A stretch of DNA of 26,203 nucleotides from the NCBI RefSeq assembly GCF_006345805.1, contig NW_021834769.1:1-26203 (forward strand), written 5' to 3'. Positions 10,263-20,589 of the stretch are shown in pieces. The notes under the pieces are model-generated. The model saw only the letters and a list, made by a program, of their open reading frames with translations. It was not told where the DNA came from and did no database searches. Both the position numbers and the translations under genes were made by a program. This DNA comes from Octopus sinensis (Eukaryota). How positions within the stretch are numbered: position 1 is the stretch's first letter; every line of letters starts with the position of its first letter.

Positions 10263-10326
10263 TTATTATTACTATTATATAAATATATATATATATATAT
10301 TTTTTTTTTTTCATCTTTGTTTCCAG

Positions 10327-10399
10327 CTTCAAGCGAAGACGTATGGCGGACAAAACGAAGCTATTCATCTTACGACAATAGCGAAATTTCAGAATATGT
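10327..10399 (+). CDS. Putative 73-bp internal exon of an unidentified gene (SSEDVWRTKRSYSSYDNSEISEY, or alternative frame LQAKTYGGQNEAIHLTTIAKFQNM)
   Basis: Long T tract + TTTGTTTCCAG acceptor and GT|GTAAGT donor; two open frames; no partner exon found in window. Confidence 0.4.
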
Positions 10400-10704
10400 G
10401 TAAGTATTTATTCCATTTTATTTTGAATTTTTCATTAAGAGAAAAAAAAAACAATAGGCATGTGAAATTTTACATTAACCGTGTATCTGTGTGTGTAAAT
10501 ATATATATAAATATAATATATATTATATTAATTATATTTATATTATTTGTTATTTATGTATTGGTTTATGTCTATCACTGTTTCAGTTGCCTAATAGTGG
10601 TTTTGTCTCTAATTCATATTTTATATATTTATACTGTAAAATTTGATTTAATACTAAATTGAATTTTTCCCTGTAAGTTTGGAGCTATACTCCCTAATAT
10701 TATT

Positions 10705-10743
<39 letters not shown>

Positions 10744-10939
10744 GAGAGAGAGAGAGGATAATAAGATATATATATATTAAACCACGGTTTTACTTTTAAA
10801 TTTCCTACTACCGTATACCTTATAACGAGACATTACATAGTGAGATAATACACCAGGAGTGCCTACGGATACATCTATCCCTTGGATGGTCGCATAACCT
10901 CTAACTTATATCCTGCTGTATATATATATATATATATAT

Positions 10940-11140
10940 ATATCCTTTTTCCAAGGAATCTAATGTTCTTAGCTTAGTTTTTCCTTGGGGCTGGCCAGAT
11001 TGGAGCAATCTGAAGATTAATCAGCCGAAATTACGAGTATGATCCGGTTCTTGACTGAAGATTAAAGTCTTCGAAAGACCCGTCCGTGCTTTTTGTATCT
11101 TCTATTTGGATGTTTTACGTTCTTGTCCCATTTTATATTA
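10940..11140 (+). mobile_element. (TA)n-flanked island, PLE terminal-repeat-like, with two hammerhead-core-like strings
   Basis: CTGAAGA..CGAAA at 11010-11030 and 11055-11076; TA tracts on both sides; stems not convincing. Confidence 0.4.
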
Positions 11141-11349
11141 TATATATATATATATATATATACTGTGTTTTGAAATAATACCATGAAATTCAATATCAAA
11201 AAAAAAATCCTCAAGAAGAATATATGTCTAAAATTGTATTGTATTAAAAATATATGTAAATATATGAAACATGACAAAGAGTACTCATTATAAATTCAGT
11301 GTATAATATTCTAACAGAATATAATTATATATATATATATATATATATA

Positions 11350-11540
11350 GTCGCCATGATAGATCGTTAGCCACTACACACATATTTTTCTCTCCTTGTT
11401 TTTTCTGTGTCCCTTTCTGTAGAAGAGCGTAGGCTCGAAACGTAGAAGACTTTTTCTATTCCTGAGCGCTATACTAATACATCTGTTTGTTTTGTACACC
11501 ACCTGTCTTCGTCTTTTGTTTTTTTCGTAAACTCTCCCTA
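11350..11540 (+). mobile_element. (TA)n-flanked island, PLE terminal-repeat-like
   Basis: ~190 bp between TA tracts carrying a well-folding minimal hammerhead. Confidence 0.55.
11409..11450 (+). ncRNA. Minimal type I hammerhead ribozyme-like motif, A6U core variant
   Basis: GUC(CC)UUU-CUGUAGA-A-GAGC/GUAG/GCUC-GAAA-CGUA^GAAGAC; perfect 4-bp stem II, ACGU palindromic stem III, stem I 6 bp with bulge. Confidence 0.65.
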
Positions 11541-11557
11541 TATATATATATATATAT

Positions 11558-11917
11558 CTTTACTCTTTACTCTTTTACTTGTTTCAGTCATTTGACTGCG
11601 GCCATGCTGGAGCACCACCTTTTAGTACTTATTCTATCGGTCTCTTTTTGCCGAACCGCTAAGTGACGGGGACCTAAACACACCAGCATCGGTTGTCAAG
11701 CAATGCTAGGGGGACAAACACAGACACACAAACACACACACATATACATATATATACATATATACGACAGGCTTCTTTCAGTTTCCGTCTACCAAATCCA
11801 CTCACAAGGCATTGGTTGGCCCGGGGCTATAGCAGAAGACACTTGCCCAAGATGCCACGCAGTGGGACTGAACCCGCAACCGTGTGGTTGGTTAGCAAGC
11901 TACTTACCACACAGCCA

Positions 11918-11920
<3 letters not shown>
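11558..11920 (-). mobile_element. SINE family B (CORE-like), near full-length, ~45-bp internal deletion
   Basis: A box TGGCTGTGTGG, B box GGTTCAGTCCC, TTGGGCAAGTGTCTTCT, tail (GAGTAAA)n. Confidence 0.92.
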
Positions 11921-11960
<40 letters not shown>

Positions 11961-12185
11961 GTGGATTTTCCCGTCAGCTTTGACGTTTGAAGGTCTAACA
12001 GTTATTGCTTTTAGACCACTTGTACATGGTTTGTTTTCCACAGAATGAACAACATACCTCAGGCTCTTCTATTGGGGTTTTTCTCGGGCTACACACACAC
12101 GCACGCGCACAAGAACACAAATGGGTCGAGGTTCACTGCAGTTGTTTCAGATGCGTTTTTTTTTTAATTGACGAACAAATCTATA

Positions 12186-12587
12186 GGCGCAGGAGTGGCT
12201 GTGTGGTAAGTAGCTTGCTAACCAACCACATGGTTCCGGGTTCAGTCCCACTGCGTGGTATCTTGGGCAAGTGTCTTCTGCTATAGCCCCGGGCCGACCA
12301 ATGCCTTGTGAGTGGATTTGGTAGACGGAAACTGAAAGAAGCCTGTCGTATATATGTATATATATATGTATATGTGTGTGTGTGTGTGTTTGTCCCTCTA
12401 GCATTGCTTGACAACCGATGCTGGTGTGTTTACGTCCCCGTCACTTAGCGGTTCGGCAAAAGAGACCGATAGAATAAGTACTGTGCTTACAAAGAATAAG
12501 TCCCGGGGTCGATTTGCTCGACTAAAGGCGGTGCTCCAGCATGGCCGCAGTCAAATGACTGAAACAAGTAAAAGAGTAAAGAGTAAA
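12186..12587 (+). mobile_element. SINE family B, full-length young copy
   Basis: GGCGCAGGAGTGGCTGTGTGG head, B box, CORE-like segment, internal TA/TG microsatellite, tail CAAGTAAAAGAGTAAAGAGT; possible imperfect TSD AAATCTAT/AAATCAAT. Confidence 0.95.
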
Positions 12588-13039
12588 TCAATTTACATCA
12601 TAAATTTTAAAAAAAAACATTTTCTTCAGCTGAATAAGAATTTAAATCTAAAATTTGGCTCATGGAGAATATATTGTTAACTCCCTAATCAGGGTGACGA
12701 TCAAGAGAGTTTTGGGTGTCCTTATTAAAATACTTTGATTCCATTGGATCCCGCAAATAACTTTCCATAGGCATCAACATACGCCTCTATGTTCCAAAAA
12801 TGGAATTTTCCCAAATAAAGTGCACATCATATTCAAGGCTGCAATCAAGTTACAGGATGTTACCCAACTAAGAGTCCACCGTAGCATATAGCAGAAGCAG
12901 CTTTAAGCCAATGAATTCTTTACATAATATTTGTTGTTGTTTTTTTCCAGTGTTCTTGTTTTTTTTCTGTGTTCTTGTTACTACTATGTATTTATATAAC
13001 ATTATATTCTGATGCATACATATATATTGAGTTCTACAC

Positions 13040-13056
13040 CTAAGCAATATATATAT

Positions 13057-13102
<46 letters not shown>

Positions 13103-13385
13103 TCGTAACATATACTTGCCAACCAAGTGCGGCGTCCCTTACGGAGGAGTGCTTTAACGCTTATAGCCCCAGGAAGACATCTCTTCCAGCTGGCTAACGA
13201 CACACATCTCTTTCTGTCTTTCTCTTTCTCTCTCTATCTCTCTCTCCCTATATTTCTCTCTTTCTCTCTCTCTCTATGTATATATTTATGTGTATATGTC
13301 TATATATGTGTGTGTATATATGTATATGTGTGTGTATATAAAATATACATGCATGTATATATATGTGTGTATATTTATATATATG

Positions 13386-13425
<40 letters not shown>

Positions 13426-13525
13426 CATTGTGTATTTATATATGTATATTTGTGTATATTTGTATATATATATATGTATATATTATGTGTATGTATATGT
13501 GTATATATATATATATCTATGTATA

Positions 13526-13571
<46 letters not shown>

Positions 13572-13605
13572 TATGTGTATATATATATATACATGTGTGT
13601 GTATT
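13040..13605. repeat. (TA)n/(CT)n/(TG)n compound microsatellite with a small unique island (13100-13210)
   Basis: Direct inspection. Confidence 0.9.
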
Positions 13606-13984
13606 ATAGGAAGCGTGAATAGATTCTATGGAACTATGCAGTGTCGAGAAAAAAAAAAAAAGGGCTAAAGTTCCTTAAAAATTCCTTCTCTCCATTTCTA
13701 ATACTGCATGTGATTCCATCTGTTTTTTCTTTTTTTTTCTCTCTCTGTTATTTTGATCTGTAATTAAGTACTAGGATCATTTGAATAATTAATTGACTGG
13801 CAACTATTCTGCTACGTCCATCCTCATTTATCACGGAGATTTGGTTAAAAAAGAAAAAGAACTGATGAATCCGTGATGAGTGAATCATCTCCACACAACT
13901 TGTAAATGGAATGTTATGGCAGATTCGTTGACGCTAAATTCGCGGCCCGCAACAGCGAAGCTTCCACCATCAACCACTTGTGTG

Positions 13985-14232
13985 TGTGTGCGCGTCTGTC
14001 CTTGTGTCTGTGTTTGTCACAGACCTGACAACCCATCACCTGACAACCAGTATTGGTATGTGTATGTCGAGCAGATCGGCAAAAATGATCGATACGTACC
14101 AAACCTCAAAAAATGAAAAGAAAAAGAAAAACATAAGTACTCGTGTCGATTTATTCGGCTAAGAACCCTTCAAGGCGATGCTCCAGCAAAGCCGCAGTCC
14201 TGTAATTGAAACAAGTAAAAAGATAAAAGATA
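13985..14232 (+). mobile_element. SINE family B 3' half, degraded
   Basis: TCGGCAAAA, GTCGATTTATTCGGCT, AAGGCGATGCTCCAGCAAAGCCGCAGTC, GAAACAAGTAAAAAGATAAAAGA. Confidence 0.75.
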
Positions 14233-14465
14233 TAAGAAAAAATTAACAAAATCAGAAATTAGATTCATTAAAGCGTAAAGTTCTGCATGGCATTGTCAAT
14301 GAACCAAAGCAGAAAATGAGGAACAAAGACCCGCCCTCGCAATGTCTCCGGCAATTATTTCTATAAAATCTGCTACGCACTGTTTCACCGGCTGGAGGGG
14401 AAAGCATAACGAACGACGATCTTATTTTGATGACATTCTACGATTATTGAGTGCTTCAGCCTGTA

Positions 14466-14499
<34 letters not shown>

Positions 14500-14649
14500 G
14501 GTGTAATATATTTAATGTGTTTGTAGGTGTATATGTGTGTGCGTTTGTGTGTATTTTTCTCTGTGTGTTTGTGTTTATGTGTGTTCATGTATGCGTGTAT
14601 CATCCGCACCGTCCCATGTATGCGTTTGTGTAACTCTCAGAAAAACTGT

Positions 14650-14915
14650 GTTGCCTTGTAGTTAGGCATGCTGGTCTCATGATCGTAAGATCGTGGTTTC
14701 AATTTCTGGACCGGGCTGTGCATTATTTCCTTGAGCAAAACATTTCATTTCACGTTGCTTCAGTTCACTCAGCTGTAAATGGGCTCCATCAGTCGCTAGG
14801 AAGTTAACTCCTGCGACGGGCCGGCTTCTCGTTCAGTGCTGGTAAGTGTTGTAACCTCTATCACTCATACACTTAAACCCCGGCCATATGTGTCTTAGTG
14901 TTCGTGACAGACCTA
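14650..14915 (+). mobile_element. SINE family C (tRNA + CORE-like + V-like), degraded
   Basis: GGTTTCAATTTC B box, TTCCTTGAGCAAAACATTTC, CCTGCGACGGGCCGGC (V-domain-like); homologous to 20590-21227. Confidence 0.65.
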
Positions 14916-14950
14916 AATCTAAATAAGTCTCAAATACTTGAAAAATACCT

Positions 14951-15180
14951 ATTTCTTTATTACCCACAAGGGGCTAAACACAGAGGGGACAAACAAGGAC
15001 AGACATAGGTATTAAGTCGATTACATCGACCCCCAGTGCGTAACTGGTACTTAATTTATCGACCCCGAAAGGATGAAAGGCAAAGTCGACCTCGGCGGAA
15101 TTTGAACTCAGAACGTAACGGCAGACAAAATACCGCTAAGCATTTCGTCCGGCGCGCTAACGTGTCTGCCAGCTCGCCGC
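14951..15180 (-). mobile_element. SINE family A, full-length with T1 tail and 14-bp TSD
   Basis: CTTGAAAAATACCT at 14937-14950 and 15181-15194; intact head, body and tail. Confidence 0.95.
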
Positions 15181-16042
15181 CTTGAAAAATACCTGAAAAA
15201 TACTTGAAAAATACCACCTAATGTAAGTGGATCTCTGAGCAGCTGCCCCTTAAAACTGTAGCTGACGCACCTGATTACAAAATTGTACATGCTTGACTGA
15301 ACTCTGAGCAATAACACAACTCCAACCTTAAATACTAAAAACCTTCAATTATATCTTTCCATCAAACTCATTCTTATTAACTAGTTACCATTCAATAAAG
15401 CTCCACCTACCCCAGAATAAAACAAACTCGAACTCGAATGTATCATAGTCCGATGAAGGTGAACGGGGTGAAACTTCGCAGTCACTGTCACCACTCATAA
15501 AAGTATAATGCATTCTGCTAAAGAGTATTGAGTAATTCTACAGTTTATTGTAATATTATCTTTATATATAACTCGACATCTAAAAAAAATTAATAGACAC
15601 CACCGTTTTTGTCTTTCCCTGTGCGTGTGTGTAAAAAGACGGGGTGGACACGGTTAGGACGCCTCAGATCATGGTGATAGTAATAATGGTAGTGAATGGC
15701 ACATCGTTGACAGCGGCGACGGCGACAGGAGTGAAAAAGAAGAAGCTCGTAGACCGAAAATAAGAGGAGCAAAGGTGTGGGGGGGGGATAAAGAACGGAA
15801 CAATGATGACGACGATGACAAGAAGAAGAAGATGGAGTAGGAGGAGGGCAGTGAAGATAGAGGAAACATTTGTCGATGACCACAACACAAAAGTTCCTGA
15901 CACACAGAAAAACCAATACTGCTGGTGCCATTAGGCACTGCGAAAACACGTCTGATGTCTCGATGCGTAAAAGACACGCCTATTGCTGTCTCTTTACCTC
16001 TCTCTTTGTCTTTCTTCGTCTCTTTCTCTCCCCTGTCTCAAC

Positions 16043-16211
16043 ATAGACAGACAGACAGACAGACAGACTGACTGACTGACTGACTGACTGACTGACTGAC
16101 TGACTGACTGACTGACTGACTGACTGATAGATAGGTAGATAGGTAGATAGATAGGTAGATAGATAGATAGATAGATAGATAGATGATACATAGACAGACA
16201 GACAGATAGAT

Positions 16212-16242
<31 letters not shown>

Positions 16243-16317
16243 GATAGATAGATAGATATAGATCATACAAAGACAGACATACAGGTAGATAGATAGATAG
16301 GTAGGTAGGTAGGTAGG

Positions 16318-16358
<41 letters not shown>

Positions 16359-16370
16359 GATAGATAGGTG
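16043..16370. repeat. (GACA)n(GACT)n(GATA)n tetranucleotide array
   Basis: Direct inspection. Confidence 0.95.
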
Positions 16371-16664
16371 TGTGTGTGTTTATAACAAAACTCTGGCATA
16401 GGGGACAAACAAGGAGCATACGGAATAACGGCAAAACACAGACACTCACGCTAAACGCAGCTTTACTCGGTCCCTCATCAGTTAACACCATATAGCACCA
16501 CAATTTCAACATAATATATATATATATATATATATATATTTACACACACATACAGACACAATTAATATAAAGAGCAGGCTGCAATATTTCACCAAAAAGA
16601 ATTATGATTGTCACTAAATGTGACTAGGGTGTTAGAAACACCTACATTGCTAGAAAAAAGAGCT

Positions 16665-16679
16665 TTATCTATCTATCTA

Positions 16680-16716
<37 letters not shown>

Positions 16717-16718
16717 CC

Positions 16719-16765
<47 letters not shown>

Positions 16766-16985
16766 ATATGTGTATGCGTATATATATATATATTATATAT
16801 GTGTGTGTGTTTATGCGTGTATATATATACATACACACATATGTATGCATATATATTATATACACACCTGTATGCATATATATTATATATACACAAATAG
16901 ATATATATATATATATATAATATATATATATATATGTATATATGTATAGTGTGTGTGTGTGTGTGTATCCATACATACACACACT
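16665..16985. repeat. (TATC)n/(CT)n/(TA)n/(TG)n compound microsatellite
   Basis: Direct inspection. Confidence 0.95.
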
Positions 16986-17374
16986 CGCGCACGAACGACT
17001 CCATCTTTTGTTTCTATGACAAATGTTTTCTTGGGGGTCTTGTCTTGCGCAAGCTTTCTTTCTATTTAACTCCTTCTCTGCGTATGACAGCTAGAAAAAT
17101 ATGTCGTGTGTGTGTGCCTGTCTCTAACCAAATGGTGCCATGCCAGTTCCTTCCTACTCCCAAGAGTATCATCATGGCCTTATCCAGTATCCGTGACTCT
17201 CACTCAAGAAGATGGATGAACTTTACATTATTTTTTCTCATTTCTTTTATATGTTTTTTTTAAATATTTTTATTTTTATTTTTCTTCCTGATAGTCCCTT
17301 TTTTTTCACTCTGTCCCCTCTCTATTACAGTAACTCCCACCTCATCACACTTCTCTTCACTTACACATTACGAC

Positions 17375-17895
17375 CACAGTTTTCCGCTACGCCAATCTCT
17401 CCTCCAGATTACTCCAGTATGGCCACTTCCGCCAGAGACTTCGTTCACTACTCCACTTCTGTACTCCTTCCTTAATTTCCTTTTCCCATCACCACATGAC
17501 GACCACGCTAGAATTTCCGCTCCACTAATTCCCCGTTCCTTCATTACTCCAGCATGGCCACTCTCCCACCTCATCACCCCACATACACACACACTTTTGT
17601 ATACCTTCCATAGTTACACACACACACACACACACACGCACGCACGCGCGCGCGCGCACACACACACACACTCACACACACACATCAAAACCACAAATTC
17701 GCTCCGCCAATCCTCCAACTCATACACTGCCCCAGTCTGGCCACTCTCGCCAGAGACTCCCTCCACCACTCCCACTTCAGGACTCTCTCCATGGTTCCTC
17801 TCCCCCACTACCACATGACCACTACTGCAGAATTTCCGTTCCGCCAATTCCCACATCACTCCATCATAACTGCCCTCGTCACCAGACTCCCGTCA
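17375..17895. repeat. Old C-rich minisatellite, ~4 units of 130-185 bp, interrupted by (CA)n(CG)n
   Basis: TTCCGCTCCGCCAAT-like anchor at ~17382, 17514, 17697, 17834; TCCAG..TGGCCACT and CCACATGAC recur. Confidence 0.7.
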
Positions 17896-18079
17896 CCCTT
17901 CTCGCTGTGGAGTACTCCTTCCTCGCCGTTTTTTGCGAGTCACAATACTCCTTTCGCTCTCAGCTCCGCATTTCTATCACAGCACCCAGCGCCACTTTCA
18001 CTATTTGTTTTAGGTGCCTATGTACCCGCAGGGAGACACAGGCACACTCGCGGCTCCCTCGCTCTTTTGGCCCAGCGGC

Positions 18080-18295
18080 ACGTTCGAGATGTCGTCCCGA
18101 ACAGGCGGGTCAGGTACTCCTCGTCGACGTCCAGCTTCGCCCCGAGCTCGTCGTCGTACCTCCCCTCCACTAATCCCCTATATAATGCTTTGGTTGTGAT
18201 GAAGTCACTCAAGGTCGACCCAGGACGGCAGAGTTGCTTGAGAGCAACGCGACACTCGCGGTGCCATTCGCCCTTCCTCGGTAGATGAAGAGAGG
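18080..18295 (-). pseudogene. L1/Tx1-like non-LTR retrotransposon ORF2 remnant (post-RT region)
   Basis: Open frame PRKGEWHRECRVALKQLCRPGSTLSDFITTKALYRGLVEGRYDDELGAKLDVDEEYLTRLFGTT resembles, from memory, the segment preceding the CCHC knuckle in cephalopod Tx1-type ORF2; needs a search. Confidence 0.55.
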
Positions 18296-18462
18296 GCTAC
18301 AAAAGCACCTGGTCGGTATACATTTTCAACTGAGTACATTGAAGCAAAGAGAGGTTAACGGTCTTTCTCTAGGATAGAATGCGCTGCCCAGTCTAGGAAT
18401 GGCATCCAAGACATTATGACCAGAATGCCAAACACACTAAGCACTAGGCCACGTGTTTTCTC

Positions 18463-18528
<66 letters not shown>

Positions 18529-18538
18529 ATATACATAT

Positions 18539-18920
18539 ATGGTAAGTAGCTTGCTAACCAACCACATGGTTCCGGGTTCAGTCCCACTGCGTGGCATCTT
18601 GGGCAAGTGTCTTCTGCTATAGCCTCAGGTCGACTGAAGCCTTGTGAGTGGATTTGGTAGACAGAAACTGAAAGAAGCCTGTCGTATAAATGTATATATA
18701 TGTATATGTATGTGTGTTTGTGTGTCTGTCCCCCTAGCATTGCTTGACAACTGATGCTGGTATGTTTATGTCCCCGTCACCTAGCGGTTCGGCAAAAAGA
18801 GACCGATAGAATAAGTACTGGGCTTACAAAGAATAAGTCCCGGGGTCGATTTGCTCGACTAAAGGTGGTGCTCCAGCATGGCCGCAGTCAAATGACTGAA
18901 ACAAGTAAAGATAAAAGATA
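18539..18920 (+). mobile_element. SINE family B, slightly 5'-truncated young copy
   Basis: Near-identical to 12205-12575. Confidence 0.93.
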
Positions 18921-19039
18921 TATATATTGTTTATTTTGATTTTAATCACTTTATTTTGAAACTGTATGTATAATACCGTACTAAATTCTGGTGCCTCAAC
19001 TTAAGTACCAAATTCATCTGAATCTAAAGTTTTACTTTT

Positions 19040-19359
19040 ATATATATATATATACACACACACACACGCACCTTTTTATGTACACATATGTATGTGTGTG
19101 CGTGTGTATATACATATACGTGTGTGAGCGTGTGTATGTATATTTGTGTCTGTATACATACAAATACAAACACGCACCTTTTTATATACACGTGTGTGTG
19201 TGTGTGTGTGTACATATATGCAATGAGAAGGGAGAGAGTTTGAATGAATAGATGAACGGATATAAGCATATGTGTAGATATGTCTGTATGTGTGTGTGTA
19301 AATATATATATGTGTGTGTGTATGCAAGTGTGTATGTAGGTTGGTAGGCACATAGGTCG

Positions 19360-19395
<36 letters not shown>
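19040..19395. repeat. (TA)/(CA)/(TG) compound microsatellite
   Basis: Direct inspection. Confidence 0.85.
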
Positions 19396-19399
<4 letters not shown>

Positions 19400-19749
19400 T
19401 GTATAAACGAGACAGCAGACAGGAGATAAATAATGAAGGAATTTCTTGTTTTGACGTGAAAAAGAAGAGAAGAAAAATGGGTCCGAATTATTCTTACATC
19501 ATCATCTAAGATACTTTAATGAGGGCCGCTCTCAGGGTCCTTTTTGCATACTCTGCACCAGACCGCAGACAACACCCCATCTACAAACCCGCCGTTCCTC
19601 TTCTCATCAGCCAGACTTTCAGTTTCCTAAACAACTTAATAGGTGGCACCTCACCCCCACTCGTCCCCTCCAGCCGCTCGGCACCGCCGTACGATCGATA
19701 GGAGTCTTTGAGTGCGCCTGGTATATACTCGCCGAATGAGTGTTGACGT

Positions 19750-20540
19750 GGAAGGAGAGGAGGAAGGAAGGAAGGAAGGAAGGAGGAATGAAAGAAAGAA
19801 ATGATGGAAGGAATATTGAAAGGAAGATGGAAGGAATACAGAGAGAAAGAAGCAAAGGAAGGAAGGAAATGGTGGAAAGAATATTGAAGGAAGGAAAAAT
19901 GCAGAAAGAAGGAAAAGAAGAAGAAAGGAAATGATGGAAATAAAGGAAGAAACGATGGAAAGAATATTGAAAGAAAGAAGGAAAAATGCAGAAAGAAAGA
20001 AACTTAGAAGGAAGGAAATGATGGAAGAAAGAATGGAAAGAATATTGAAAGAAAGAAAGAAAGATGCTGAAAGAAAGAAACTTAGAAGGAAGGAAATGAT
20101 GGAAAGAAAGAAAGAAATCATGGAACGAATTTTGAAAGAAAGAAGGAAAAATGCAGAAAGAAAGAAAAACAGAAGGAAACGATGGAAGGAAAGAAAGAAA
20201 TCATGGAAAGAATATTGAAAGAAAGAAAAAAAGAAGGAAATGATGGAAAGAAAGAAAGAAAGAAACCATGGAAAAAATATTGAAAGAAAGAAGGAAAGAT
20301 GTAGAAAGAAAGAAAAAAGAAGGAAATGATTGAAAGAAAGCAAGAAGCAATGAATGAATACAAAAAGAAAGAAGGAACTGAAGGAGGGAATACTGAAAGA
20401 AAGGAAGGAAGAAAAAGAAAAGGGTAGGAATGAAGGAAGGAAGGAAGAAAGAGAAAGAAAGAAAGAAAACAAGGAAGAATGAGAAGAAAAAAGAAAGAAC
20501 GCTGGAAGCAAACAACCGAAAGAAGAAGAAAAGAAAGATT
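19750..20540. repeat. Polypurine (GAAA/GGAA) tract with ~70-87-bp higher-order units
   Basis: AATATTGAA-like anchor recurs ~8 times; ATGCAGAAAG and GGAAATGATGG recur. Confidence 0.92.
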
Positions 20541-20589
20541 TGTCTTGAGTCCCAGGATCTCCGATTTCCAATGTGTATAAGCGAATAAT

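Noticed and set aside
12186-12260. SINE heads as tRNA genes (also 9375-9448)
   Set aside because: A and B boxes are present, but there is no complete cloverleaf and the sequence runs into SINE bodies
16455-16492. Minus-strand CUGAUGAG hammerhead-like start near a (TA)n tract
   Set aside because: No GAAA after a stem II and no NUH in register; at best a heavily decayed remnant
17617-17682. (CA)n(CG)n Z-DNA-prone tract
   Set aside because: Real but commonplace in this genome type; no evidence of function
19651-20571. 306-aa Phe/Ser/Leu ORF and opposite-strand Lys/Glu/Arg ORFs
   Set aside because: Products of the GAAA-rich repeat
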